Shown: positions 27,344 through 37,209, counted from the first letter of the stretch. The stretch: DNA of 64,000 bases from Candidatus Latescibacterota bacterium (GCA_965217585.1 OZ244561.1:6048001-6112000); one strand, 5' to 3'. The notes: generated from the letters alone by a model not told the origin. Translations and numbers: made by a program.

Positions 27344-28819
27344 ATGAAACGCATCCTTTTGGCCAAGTTCAACCACGAAGTCGGCAGCTTTAACCCCCAG
27401 CGCACCTATTATAGCGATTTCACGATCCACCGGGGGGCAGACCTGCTAGCAGCCACCCGCTCGTCCAATTCCACGCTGGCCGGCAATATCGACGTTCTCG
27501 AAGCCCGCCCCGACGTCGAACTGGTTCCCACGTACGGGGCTTGGTGCAATACCACCGGCGGCTTGGTCGCCGGTCCCGATATGGAGCGCCTCATCGGCGA
27601 ACTATTGGCCGCTATCGAGGCCCACGCCCCGGCCGACGCGGTCTGTCTGTCGCTGCACGGGGCCATGGCCGGCGAAACCGAAGTCGATCCCGAAGGCCGC
27701 GTCGCGTCCGGCATTCGGCAAATCGTCGGGGACGTGCCCATTGTCGCGGCCATGGACTTACACGCGGTCATCTCGCAACGGCTGGTCGATGCAGCCGACG
27801 CCTTGATCTTTCTCCACACCTATCCGCACACGGATATGCGCGACACCGGCCAGCGTGCGGCTCGCTTGCTATTGCGCCAATTGGACGGGCACGTCAAGCC
27901 CACCATCGCCCGCGTGCCCATCCCGCTATTGGCCCGTGGCGACGAACTCATCACCGCTAGCGGCTGCTTTGGCCAAGCCATCCGCCGCTGTCAAGAAATT
28001 GAGGCATCTCCAGGCGGTCTGGCCGCTGGTGTCGTTATTGGCAACCCCTTTACCGACGTGCCCGATTTGCAGTCCAACGCGCTGGTCGCCACCGACGACG
28101 ACCCCGCCCGAGCCCAAGAGCTGGCTCTGGAACTGGCCCGTTTCATGTGGGAAAACCGCCCCTACTGGATCCCCAGACTCACCTCCCTTGAACAAGCTGT
28201 GCGTCTGGCCGAAGAGACCGAGGGGCTCACGGTGTTCTCCGACGCCGCGGATTCTACGGCCTCGGGTGCCAGCGGCGACAGCAATGCCATTCTCAAGGGC
28301 CTGCTTCAATGCAACTACAGCAAGCGCGCGCTCATTCCCATAGTCGATGCACCTGCGGTGGAAGCCGCCTACCGAACTGGAGTAGGGGGCCAGTTTACTT
28401 GGCCCTTGGGCGGTACTATCGACCCAGAGCGCTTTGCGCCGGTGGAATTGCCCTTGTACGTCAAAAGCCTGTCCGACGGGGCCTTCACCACCGAATTCGG
28501 GTATGTAGTGCCACCTAGTCGCACCGCCATTTTGACCAGCGGCAAGCTCACGCTGTTGGTGACTCAAGAGGCTGCCCCTATCGTCGGCCGCAAGGTGTAC
28601 CAGAGCCAGGGGCACGATCCGGCCGACTACGACTTAGTCGTGTGCAAATCGCCCAATGGCTTCCGAACCCACTACCAGGCCATAGCCGCTCGCATTGTCG
28701 CGGTGGACGTGCCTGGGTCCACTAGCGCCAATCTCAAAACCTTGCCTTACCAGCACTGTGTGCGCCCCATTTTTCCGTTGGACGACGGGGTGGTGCCGCC
28801 TTTTGCTGAGGCCGGCTGA
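27344..28819 (+). CDS. M81 family metallopeptidase (MlrC-like)
   Basis: HEVGSF, LHGAM, DLHA, TYPHTD, VCKS. Confidence 0.9.
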   Translation: MKRILLAKFNHEVGSFNPQRTYYSDFTIHRGADLLAATRSSNSTLAGNIDVLEARPDVELVPTYGAWCNTTGGLVAGPDMERLIGELLAAIEAHAPADAVCLSLHGAMAGETEVDPEGRVASGIRQIVGDVPIVAAMDLHAVISQRLVDAADALIFLHTYPHTDMRDTGQRAARLLLRQLDGHVKPTIARVPIPLLARGDELITASGCFGQAIRRCQEIEASPGGLAAGVVIGNPFTDVPDLQSNALVATDDDPARAQELALELARFMWENRPYWIPRLTSLEQAVRLAEETEGLTVFSDAADSTASGASGDSNAILKGLLQCNYSKRALIPIVDAPAVEAAYRTGVGGQFTWPLGGTIDPERFAPVELPLYVKSLSDGAFTTEFGYVVPPSRTAILTSGKLTLLVTQEAAPIVGRKVYQSQGHDPADYDLVVCKSPNGFRTHYQAIAARIVAVDVPGSTSANLKTLPYQHCVRPIFPLDDGVVPPFAEAG

Positions 28820-28833
28820 TCTACAGGAACCCC

Positions 28834-29097
28834 GTGCAGATCGAGGCTCTCCCCGAGCGCGTGGACTTTGTCTTTGTAGATTTTGGCCTGCCCGCATTTG
28901 CGCCCATGTTCACCATGCTGGAAAGCCGTTTGGTGCCAGGGGCGTTCCTCTTTGTCGATGGCTGGTCCAAAGTCGAACAATGGGATCAGAATCCGGAGTG
29001 GGCCGCCTTTAGAAACCGCTTAGACGAGACTGCCGATTACCTGACCTACATCCTGTCTTTGGAGAAGTCGCACCTCATTGCCCTTAAGCTGTCCTGA
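28834..29097 (+). pseudogene. C-terminal fragment of a class I O-methyltransferase
   Basis: VDFVFVD...LVPGAFLFVDG resembles the C-terminal half of Methyltransf_3/24 proteins; no SAM-binding glycine motif or N-terminus. Confidence 0.5.
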
Positions 29098-29133
29098 ACA
29101 CCGAGGCCAACCGGGTACCACGGAGACATCGCC

Positions 29134-29205
29134 GTAGAGGCCGTCCCTTGTGGAGGCCTCACATCGCACCTGGCCCATAAGATCGCATAGGGACTGCCCC
29201 CCTAC
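29134..29205. repeat. Degenerate GTAG...CTAC REP doublet
   Basis: GTAGAGGCCGTCCCT ... AGGGACTGCCCCCCTAC form an imperfect inverted pair. Confidence 0.45.
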
Positions 29206-29416
29206 AGGTCCGATGCCCGACATCAGCGAATGTACGGCCTATGGCGGTCGCCTGAGGATCATCGCCGCCCTGAGCGCTCTGCTCAGCGCCTTGACAGTGG
29301 GCCCCCAAAGGTGCCTTATTTTGTCTATATGTAATACGGCTGGACATATGAGATGACATTGTTGAGTTGGGGTGTTATCCTAGCGAAAGATATTCACGCG
29401 ATATCGAGGAATCGAC

Positions 29417-30619
29417 ATGGCTAAATTGTTTATAGACGAAGGCATCACTAGAGAAGAAATCCAGGCTGAACGGTTCGATGATATGGAGGAGGATTCTGAC
29501 ACAGACGCGTCGGAGCAAGAGTTCCGGGACGCCGCACTTCAGATTGTCGTTCAACGGAATGACTTCCTGCTTCCGAATCTCATCGATATGCTGAAGACTC
29601 ATAAAACTATGGAGGTTTCGCCTTACTACCAACGCCGGGCCCGATGGGACACTGAGCGTAAATCCAAATTGATTGAATCTTTTTTGGTAAACATTCCGGT
29701 GCCACCAATTTTTCTGTATGAAAATGAATTCGCTAGATATGAGGTGATGGATGGCCAACAGCGGGTTTCTGCCATACTGGAGTATTTTGAAAATCAATTC
29801 GCACTTCGAGGACTTGAGATACTGGACAGCCTTATCGGAAAGCGATTTCATCAGCTTCCGAGAGAGATTCGAGCGGGTCTTGAGCGTAGGTCCTTGTCTG
29901 CCATCATTTTGTTGAAAGAAAGCACCCCTTCTCAGGAATCAAAGGTTCACCTACGAAAGTACGTTTTTCAGCGGTTGAACACGGGGGGAGTTCGGCTTAA
30001 TGGGCAAGAGGTCAGGAATTCTGTGTACGCAGGCTCATTTAACAATTTGTTACTCGAATTATCTAGGCATCAGTTGTTCACAAGTATGTGGGATATTTCT
30101 CCCTTTGAGCCAGATGAAAGTGTCCAACCTAGCACGAAACTTCGCAGAAATGCTTTGTTTCGACAGATGAGAGATGTCGAGCTAGTCCTACGGGTTTTTG
30201 GGTTGCTGGATCCAAACAACATTGTTGGTGGTATGCGAAGCACGCTTGACAATGCTATGCTAAGGTACTCAGAAGCCAGCGAATCTAAACTGCATCAGCT
30301 AAAGACGATATTCTTGGACGCGCTCAGATTGGCCCATGCGATCGGTGGCGACGATGCGTTCCGCTTGCTTCCTTCTAATTCCAAACGCGGTCGCCTCTCG
30401 GCCTCTCTTTTCGATGCCATGATGGTTGCTTTGATACGAAAACTAAATAGATCAGAGCGAATTAAAACTTACTCTGCACAAATCAATGACTCGATCAAGG
30501 CGGAGTTGAATAAACCCGAGTTCCACGAACTAGTTGTTGGCAGAGCTAACACACGAGAGGCTACAATAAAACGAGCCCAATACATTGAGCACTTGATCGA
30601 ATCTGTGATTGGGTCGTAA
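29417..30619 (+). CDS. DUF262 (ParB/GmrSD N-terminal-like) domain protein
   Basis: PYYQRRARW, SKLIESFLVNIPVPPIFL, VMDGQQR, FQRLNTGG; lower GC than flanks. Confidence 0.9.
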   Translation: MAKLFIDEGITREEIQAERFDDMEEDSDTDASEQEFRDAALQIVVQRNDFLLPNLIDMLKTHKTMEVSPYYQRRARWDTERKSKLIESFLVNIPVPPIFLYENEFARYEVMDGQQRVSAILEYFENQFALRGLEILDSLIGKRFHQLPREIRAGLERRSLSAIILLKESTPSQESKVHLRKYVFQRLNTGGVRLNGQEVRNSVYAGSFNNLLLELSRHQLFTSMWDISPFEPDESVQPSTKLRRNALFRQMRDVELVLRVFGLLDPNNIVGGMRSTLDNAMLRYSEASESKLHQLKTIFLDALRLAHAIGGDDAFRLLPSNSKRGRLSASLFDAMMVALIRKLNRSERIKTYSAQINDSIKAELNKPEFHELVVGRANTREATIKRAQYIEHLIESVIGS

Positions 30620-30640
30620 AGTGCGTTATGGCCGAGCCTG

Positions 30641-31393
30641 ATGCAAGTAGCACTCGATGAATTTCTGGGTCAAGTCAAGTTAATCGAAGGAACTATTGAG
30701 CTTCGTGATAAGCTCGAAGCTTTCGGTCGGATATCTTCTAGAAATTTCGATCCCACAACCAAGGCGCTTCACCGCTCGGTGAGACGGATTAGACTCTCAG
30801 GTATGCAGCCGAGTCTAGACGGTTCTGTTTTGTTAATCGTAGCTGCATTTGAGCAATTCGTTTCGGATGTGATGATTGAGTTTGCGGCGGAATTGCCGAA
30901 CAAAGTCTCCGTCTACGAAGAGTTACCCAATGCAATTCGGTCAGCAAACGAACGTTTGACTGGTGAAGCTCTTAGTTCCCGTCGCTCTAGGTTCGATCAA
31001 TACTATTTGCAACGATTCGTTACCAACCTTAGAGATTGTCAGGCAGGTGTCGTCCCTTATGTTCTCAATGGAGAGGCGATAGCACTTAATGATCGTAACT
31101 TGACAGCAGGTAGGCTGAAAGAACTGATTAGTCGTCTCGGAGTCCAAGATATATGGACAGTGGTTGCATCCACGCAGAGTCTTAAGAGATGGTCAGGGCG
31201 GGGTGGAGCCAAAGCCGCGGAAGCTCGTGCTAAGAATCAACTTAATGAGCTTATTGGTAACCGAAACCGGATTGCCCATGGAGTTGAGAGCACGACGCTC
31301 GGGCCCGAAGTGATACGTTCGTACATACAATTTGAACGAGTCTTAGCACGGTCTTTGGTGAAAGGGCTTAAAGATCATGTTGTCTCTTTGTGA
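30641..31393 (+). CDS. HEPN domain protein (MAE_28990/RiboL-PSP-HEPN-like), putative RNase
   Basis: AAFEQFV upstream motif and C-terminal RxxxxH motif RNRIAH; directly follows the DUF262 gene. Confidence 0.8.
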   Translation: MQVALDEFLGQVKLIEGTIELRDKLEAFGRISSRNFDPTTKALHRSVRRIRLSGMQPSLDGSVLLIVAAFEQFVSDVMIEFAAELPNKVSVYEELPNAIRSANERLTGEALSSRRSRFDQYYLQRFVTNLRDCQAGVVPYVLNGEAIALNDRNLTAGRLKELISRLGVQDIWTVVASTQSLKRWSGRGGAKAAEARAKNQLNELIGNRNRIAHGVESTTLGPEVIRSYIQFERVLARSLVKGLKDHVVSL

Positions 31394-31478
31394 TGCGGCC
31401 CACTTTTTCATCTGATGTATTCTCCCTAACACAACTATTTTGGGGTCAGGGCTACTACAATCATGCAAAGGTGCGGAT

Positions 31479-31530
31479 TGGGAGAATCAGGACAGCGAGC
31501 TCTCTTAAGTAAGTTGTCCTGATTCTCCCA
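31479..31530. terminator. Perfect 16-bp-stem hairpin between convergent genes
   Basis: TGGGAGAATCAGGACA (31479-31494) / TGTCCTGATTCTCCCA (31515-31530), 20-nt loop, no clear U-tract. Confidence 0.5.
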
Positions 31531-31539
31531 TCACTGAAC

Positions 31540-32451
31540 TCAAAATTTCCCCTCGTATATCTCGTCGAACAGAACCTGGATTCCTTCGACGATCCCCGGC
31601 TCCGGTTCTGGATTGGGCGGCCCTAAGCGGTGGTTGGGGTAGAGGCCCTTCAATTGGATGGCCGCTTTTATGGAAGCCAGCCAATTGTGTTTGATGGCCC
31701 ACTGCAACCACGGCTCTTCATAGCGGTACACCAAATCCCAAGCCCCGGCCGCATCGCCGTTGACCAGCGCATTGTGGAAGGCATTGGCAATGTCGGGTCG
31801 GAAGGGTGCCACGGTGCACAAATAGGCGGGGGAGCCGAGCGGATAGCCAAAGGCGAAATTGCGCATCTGTCCGCCGCTGATCACCCCGAAACCCAAGTCT
31901 CGCGTCTGGCGGATCAGGTCGTAATACGTGTAGAATTGGTCGCCGTCGTTTTTCATGCCAATGATGTGGGGGCGCTGGGCCAGTTCCACGGCGGCTTCCA
32001 AGGGGAAGGGGGGTTGGCCGCCGGCCCACAGCAGCAGGGGGATATCAGCGGCCCCTTCCAAGGCGTCGAAGTAATTGACCAAAACCGGCGTGGTATTGCC
32101 TAGATAGGGATGGACTTGGACTTTGACGGCATCCATGCCCACGGCTTGGGCGTGGGATAGATAATCCCGCGTTTTCGCCGCCTTCCAAAAACCCGTACCG
32201 CCGATGCAGAAGGCCCGGCCAGCGCAGGCTTGGCCCACCGTCTCGGTCACCGCCCATATATCCTCGTCGTCTAGGCAGGCGAATTCGCTGCTGCCGTAGG
32301 TCAACATCAGAATGGGCGCTCCCTGTGCGCTGAGCCAATCCACGTATGTAGCCACTGCTTGGTGGTCCACTGCGCCGCTCTCGTCAAAGCACAAATTGAG
32401 CGGGACCACCGGTCCCTTCATGCGCGCTAAAGCTGCTGCCGCCTTGTCCAT
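31540..32451 (-). CDS. DapA/NAL family class I aldolase
   Basis: TYGSSEF, IGGTG, HIIGMKND (Schiff-base lysine). Confidence 0.82.
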   Translation of the reverse strand: MDKAAAALARMKGPVVPLNLCFDESGAVDHQAVATYVDWLSAQGAPILMLTYGSSEFACLDDEDIWAVTETVGQACAGRAFCIGGTGFWKAAKTRDYLSHAQAVGMDAVKVQVHPYLGNTTPVLVNYFDALEGAADIPLLLWAGGQPPFPLEAAVELAQRPHIIGMKNDGDQFYTYYDLIRQTRDLGFGVISGGQMRNFAFGYPLGSPAYLCTVAPFRPDIANAFHNALVNGDAAGAWDLVYRYEEPWLQWAIKHNWLASIKAAIQLKGLYPNHRLGPPNPEPEPGIVEGIQVLFDEIYEGKF

Positions 32452-32561
32452 TGTCTATCTCCTGTGAGCGTGATTCACTATAGCTAGGCCGCCGTAGCGC
32501 CTGCGACCCGAACCTCGGTGCTAGAAAATCTTCAACGTAGATGAAATCGAACATAGCTAAA

Positions 32562-33225
32562 TCAGAAAGCGTCGTACAGGTCGTCCAGATCGCCTTTTAG
32601 CTCTGGGTTGATTACGACGCCATCTGGACCGATCCAGACATACGAGGGCATCCCTCCTATGTGGTATATCTCCGTTGGTTTAGTCTCGTTTTCGACTTCG
32701 ATTACCTGGGGCCATTCGATCCCGTTCTTCTCAACATAGCGAATCACCGCCTCGCGGCTCTTATCGTCGCTGATGCCGATGATTTCGAGGCCGCGCGCCT
32801 GCTTCGTCCTGTATATCTCCACTAGCTTTGGCGTATCCTTTATGCACGGCCCGCAGTTCGTGAATCGCATTGATCCAGGAAACGCGGGAGTCGGGGAGTT
32901 CGCGGCGCGGAAGCGTCCACAGGAGTTCCGAAGCCTGCTCTGGTCTACGTGACAAGACGATGGATTCTGCACTGAGATCGAAGATACCGTAAAACAGGAT
33001 TCGGTCGGTTGGCGGCAGGCCCCTGAGACCGGCCTCGATGGGCTCCTTGCCGACCCAGCCTCGGTCTTCAAAGTCGAGCCCTGGCCAATCAAAGTCGCCG
33101 AGTACATCCTCACTTGGTCGCACCCACTGCAATGGAACGACGATCGGGTCGTCCTCGCTGCTCGTACCCATTGCCACACTAGCGCAGAAAAAAATTAAGA
33201 GCGCAAAGAGTATTGGTCTTTCAAT
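32562..33225 (-). pseudogene. Disrupted TlpA/thioredoxin-like secreted protein
   Basis: A signal-peptide-bearing N-terminal frame joins out of frame, near 32865, to a TlpA-like C-terminal frame (FTNCGPC, GLEIIGIS, GIEWPQV, MPSYVWIGPDG). Confidence 0.65.
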
Positions 33226-33246
33226 TAAGTTTATTGCCTGAATCCA

Positions 33247-33297
33247 CTGGACTCCCGCTTTCGCGGGAGTGACCAACGTCGTTCCCGAGAAAGCGGG
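33247..33297. repeat. Short palindromic repeat doublet (CCCGC-N-GCGGG type)
   Basis: CTGGACTCCCGCTTTCGCGGGAGTGAC followed by GTCGTTCCCGAGAAAGCGGG; translates as the familiar spurious TPAKAGVQ. Confidence 0.65.
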
Positions 33298-33394
33298 CTT
33301 CACCGCGCCTTTAGAAGCTGTTGAGTTATTCGGGATACCCTACGGAAAAGGGCTGTATACTCCACGAATAATATATCTGATTTGACCGACGCGC

Positions 33395-33509
33395 GGCTTT
33401 GGTGCATGAATATCTATAAGTCGTTGTTTTACAGCAATTTAGCATTTTAATGTCAAATTTCATAACCTATTGTTTTCAAACGAGTTACCATTTTTCATGC
33501 AACAAAGCC
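33395..33509. mobile_element. 115-bp MITE with IS903-group-like ends
   Basis: TIRs GGCTTTGGTGCATGAA / TTCATGCAACAAAGCC (15/16); perfect 9-bp target duplication CCGACGCGC at 33386-33394 and 33510-33518. Confidence 0.88.
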
Positions 33510-33572
33510 CCGACGCGCAATAAAGTGGGGCGAGGCGCAATTGACCTCCACCGGCCAACTACGCCCCCCAAC

Positions 33573-34295
33573 CTAGGCCGCCGGCAGGACGGGCCGTTCT
33601 ACGTATTCGACGTAGAGGCGCTCTAAGTCGGCTTCTTGGAATTCGTCGCGGGTGAGCGTCTTGACGAGATGGCCCTCGACCATGATGCCGAGCCGGTCGG
33701 CGATCACGCGGGCGCGGAACACGTCGTGCGTGGTCATCCAAATGGCCTTGCCCTCATTGCGTAGCTCATCCAACAGCTCCAAAAACTCGGCCCCGGACTT
33801 GGGGTCGAGGCCCGACGTAGGCTCGTCGAGCAGCACGATGCGGGCGTCCTTGGCAATGGCAATGGCAATGCCCAGCTTCTGGCGCATCCCCTTGGAGAAT
33901 TCCTTGACTCGCCGGTCAAACGCCTCCTGTTGCAGGCCGACGCGCGCCATGATCGCGTCGTAGTGCTCGGCGTCTTGGGGTGGCTGGCCGCTCAAGCGGG
34001 TAAAGAAATCCAAGTTCTGCCGTGCGCTAAAGTTGCCGTAGAGCATGACGTTTTCCGAGACATAGGCCACGTGCTTTTTGGCCTCTAAAGGCTGCTCGGT
34101 TATGTCGATGCCGCACAGCTTGACCGTCCCTTGGGTGGGTTCGGTAAAGCCCAACGCGACCATCAAGGTCGTCGTCTTGCCAGCGCCGTTGGCCCCGAGC
34201 ATGGTGAAGATCTCGCCGCCTTCGATGGTCAGGTCGAGGTCGGTGACCGCTTTGACGTCACCGTAGTGCTTGGAAAGTCCGATGATCTCCAACAT
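33573..34295 (-). CDS. ABC transporter ATP-binding protein
   Basis: GANGAGKT, FSKGMRQK, VLLDEPTSGLDP, TTH. Confidence 0.93.
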   Translation of the reverse strand: MLEIIGLSKHYGDVKAVTDLDLTIEGGEIFTMLGANGAGKTTTLMVALGFTEPTQGTVKLCGIDITEQPLEAKKHVAYVSENVMLYGNFSARQNLDFFTRLSGQPPQDAEHYDAIMARVGLQQEAFDRRVKEFSKGMRQKLGIAIAIAKDARIVLLDEPTSGLDPKSGAEFLELLDELRNEGKAIWMTTHDVFRARVIADRLGIMVEGHLVKTLTRDEFQEADLERLYVEYVERPVLPAA

Positions 34296-34309
34296 GATGC
34301 GATCCTTTC

Positions 34310-35701
34310 TCAAGGGGTTTTGTAAAACTCGCTGTTGAGGGCGCGGCCCAGTACCCGCCGCAACTCTTCAGCCGCGAGGATGTAAGCCAAACGCTCGGCA
34401 AAATAGCTCTGCTCGGCGAAGTTGACGGCGACCCGCTGGCGGCGGATGTCGTCGAAGTTGAGGTAGCCCATGGCGTTCTCAAACAGCTCTTCGACCGTGT
34501 CCAAACGCTGGCGGGCTACATCGGCGCGCCAGCGCAGAATCTGCGTGTTTTCCCGCCGGCTTTTCAAGGCGTAAAACGCCTCGACCACTTCGAGTTCAAT
34601 CAAGTTGCGGGTCTCGTCGCGGTCTTGGCGCAGCTCGTGGAGCCGCGCCCGCTCCTCGGCCCCTTGTGCCAACCGCCGACCGCCTTGGAACAGCGGCAGC
34701 GACACGTTGGCCATCACGCGCCAGCTCTCGCCCATGTCCAGTGCGGGGTCCAAGCCCTCGCTGGCGAGCGAGCGACGACCGGATCCTACCAGCTTCCAAG
34801 TTTGGCCGTTGCCGCTCCAGTTCAAGCCGAGGTCGGTGTCTTGGAAATCCTTGGTCAGTTGCAGGCCGACGTGGGGCAGCCATTGCCAGAAAACACTGCG
34901 CGCTTGGTGCTGCTGTTCACCTATTTGCCAGACGAGTTCGGCGAGGTGGGGCCGGTTGGCGCGGGCTTCCTCGATGAGGACGGACAGGTCCTCTTCGCTG
35001 GGATCGAGTAGCTGTAGTTGCTCGTAGGGCGGGCCGACGACCTCGATGTCGCGGAGCGAGCGTTTGCCCACGAGGCCGATCTCGGTGAAGAGCTTCAGGT
35101 GCAGAGCGCGCAGCTCGCGCTGGAGGTTGTTGATGCGCGACTGCTCCTCTAATACCTCTAGCTCGGCCTCGTGCAGCTCTACGGGCCGCGCCAAGCCGGC
35201 GTCGAGGCGCGTTTGCACCCGGTCCATTTTAGCGCGGAAATAGGCGAGCAACTCGTCGCGGTTGGCGATCTCGTCGCGCGTCAGCAGCAGGCGGTAATAC
35301 GCCTGGCGTACCTTGCTATCGACGTAGATGATAGCCTCGCGGTAGCGCGCCTTTTCCGCCTGCTCTTGGTGCTTGGCGACAAAGCGCGATGGGGTGGTGG
35401 CTCCGTAGCGCACGATCTCTTGCTGGGCTTGCAAGAAAAGCTCGCGTTGGTCGGCCTCCGGCGCGTTGGCGTCGGCAAATTCGCTGCGCTCGTAATCCGC
35501 GTTTAGGCCGATGGTCGGGAGTTGCTCGGCATAATCGAGGCGGGTGCGTGCCGCCATCTGGTTCCAGCGGGCGCGGGCCGCTCCGAGCACTGGGCTGTGG
35601 TGGCCCGCTTCGCGCTGGCAAGTCGTTAGGTCCCACTCCTCTGCGTGGACGGTGCTCGTCAAGCAGCAGAGGGCTGCCAAGGCCGATCGGTAAGCAGTCA
35701 T
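34310..35701 (-). CDS. TolC family outer membrane efflux protein
   Basis: Signal peptide from ATG 35701 (overlaps upstream stop); two OEP-like halves (LPTIGL..VRQAYYRLL; LPHVGL..VSLPLFQGG..VVEAFYAL). Confidence 0.85.
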   Translation of the reverse strand: MTAYRSALAALCCLTSTVHAEEWDLTTCQREAGHHSPVLGAARARWNQMAARTRLDYAEQLPTIGLNADYERSEFADANAPEADQRELFLQAQQEIVRYGATTPSRFVAKHQEQAEKARYREAIIYVDSKVRQAYYRLLLTRDEIANRDELLAYFRAKMDRVQTRLDAGLARPVELHEAELEVLEEQSRINNLQRELRALHLKLFTEIGLVGKRSLRDIEVVGPPYEQLQLLDPSEEDLSVLIEEARANRPHLAELVWQIGEQQHQARSVFWQWLPHVGLQLTKDFQDTDLGLNWSGNGQTWKLVGSGRRSLASEGLDPALDMGESWRVMANVSLPLFQGGRRLAQGAEERARLHELRQDRDETRNLIELEVVEAFYALKSRRENTQILRWRADVARQRLDTVEELFENAMGYLNFDDIRRQRVAVNFAEQSYFAERLAYILAAEELRRVLGRALNSEFYKTP

Positions 35702-37209
35702 CGCTTGCTCCATTGCACGGTGAAGACGGCGATGCCCAGTACGATGCTCACCAGCAAGATCACCAACCCCGTTATGCCCCAAAACGACCCATCGCTCTTG
35801 ATGTTTATGTTGACGGTGCGCTCGACCGACTCGACCCACTGCCCCTTGTGCTGGGTGCTCGCGCTGGTCTTGACTTCGTAGCGTCCTATTTCGGCGCTGT
35901 TGATGGGCCGCACGGTCAGCACGGCTTCTATTTCCTCACGCGGCGGGAGCAGAGCGATTTCCTGCGGCTCAAAGACCACATCCCAGCCGGGCGGCGAGAG
36001 GGCTTGCAGGCGGATGTCGAGCAATTCAACCGTGCCGAGGTTGCGTAGCTGCCAAACGGACTGCGACTCGCCGTCGCCATTCACCGAGAGGTCGAGGTTG
36101 AGGGTGCTGAGCTCCAATTCGGCGCGGCCCGTGGGCACCAGTTGCAGTTGTTCGTAGCCAATGCCCATGGCTTGCAAGCGCTCTGGATCGGCGGCGGCCA
36201 AAACCTCTGTGTCCACGGTCTTTGGCTCGTAGGCCAGCACCGAGAACAGGAGCGGCTGATCCACCGCAAAGCTCGCGGCCTGTTCGGGGACGTACACGTT
36301 GAGTATGAGCGAGTCGCTGGAGTGGTCGCGGGAAAAGCGCAGCCGCGACAGGTTGCGGCCCCCGCTCTCAAACTCCCAGCGGAAGTCGTCTGGCAGCCCG
36401 TGCGCCATGAGCTGGAAAATCTTTTCGTCTTCCGCAAGCCGCTCTAGCTGTAGCTCGTACGCCACCGAGTTGCCCAAAGGGCCTTCTTGAGAGAACTGGG
36501 TGGCGTACACGCGCACTACGTCGCGGGCCGAAGCCTTTTCTAGGTGAATGACGTGCTCGTCCGTGCGGTTGAGGTATTGGAGTTGCACCGTAAGGTCCTC
36601 GACCTCGGGACGCTGTAAGCCGACCTCGACTTCGACTTCCTCGCCGAGAGCCAGCACGGGGATGTGGACTTGGTAGGGCTGGCCGACCATGACGTGGTCG
36701 GCGAGGATGGTGACGAAGATGTTGTTCACCTGCAACAGCGACGCGGCGTCTTGGTCGAGGCCGTTGATCTCGTAGCGCCGGCGGGCGTGATCGACCATCT
36801 GCGCCAAGTTGAGGTCTGAGTCGTTGCGCAAGGTGAGCCGCACGCGCACCTTGTCGCCCTCGACGCCGTACTTTTGGCCGTTGACGACCGTCAGGTGGGT
36901 GGCGTCGGCCAGCGAGTTGAGGAAGGCGCGCTGTAGGTTTAAGTCGGCCCGTTGCCGCTCTTGGCGGGCGCGCTCGTAGCGCTCGCGGGCCATGCGTAGC
37001 TCTTGGCCGGTGACCACGCCGCGCTCCTTGAGGCCGATCATCTGCTCGTGCTCGATTTCGACTTCGGCCTCGCGCGCTTTGGCCTGCTCTAGAATTAAGT
37101 GAGCCTCTTGGAAGTCGAGCAGGATGCGCTGCTGTTCCTTGGTCAGGGTCTCAGACTGCGCCGCCAAGGCGAACACCAGCAGGCCGAAAACATATAAGAT
37201 GGAAGACAT
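35698..37209 (-). CDS. Membrane-anchored protein: N-terminal helical hairpin, Ig-like/NEW3 domains, C-terminal TM
   Basis: Signal peptide; LKERGVVTGQELRMARERYERA; LRNLGTVELLDIRLQALSPPGWDVVFEP (NEW3-like); terminal hydrophobic helix followed by KR. Confidence 0.8.
   Translation of the reverse strand: MSSILYVFGLLVFALAAQSETLTKEQQRILLDFQEAHLILEQAKAREAEVEIEHEQMIGLKERGVVTGQELRMARERYERARQERQRADLNLQRAFLNSLADATHLTVVNGQKYGVEGDKVRVRLTLRNDSDLNLAQMVDHARRRYEINGLDQDAASLLQVNNIFVTILADHVMVGQPYQVHIPVLALGEEVEVEVGLQRPEVEDLTVQLQYLNRTDEHVIHLEKASARDVVRVYATQFSQEGPLGNSVAYELQLERLAEDEKIFQLMAHGLPDDFRWEFESGGRNLSRLRFSRDHSSDSLILNVYVPEQAASFAVDQPLLFSVLAYEPKTVDTEVLAAADPERLQAMGIGYEQLQLVPTGRAELELSTLNLDLSVNGDGESQSVWQLRNLGTVELLDIRLQALSPPGWDVVFEPQEIALLPPREEIEAVLTVRPINSAEIGRYEVKTSASTQHKGQWVESVERTVNINIKSDGSFWGITGLVILLVSIVLGIAVFTVQWSKR

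Noticed and set aside
33180-33303. N-terminal extension MKPAFSGTTLVTPAKAGVQ of the 32761-33303 ORF
   Set aside because: Derived from translating the palindromic repeat at 33247-33297, not a real coding start
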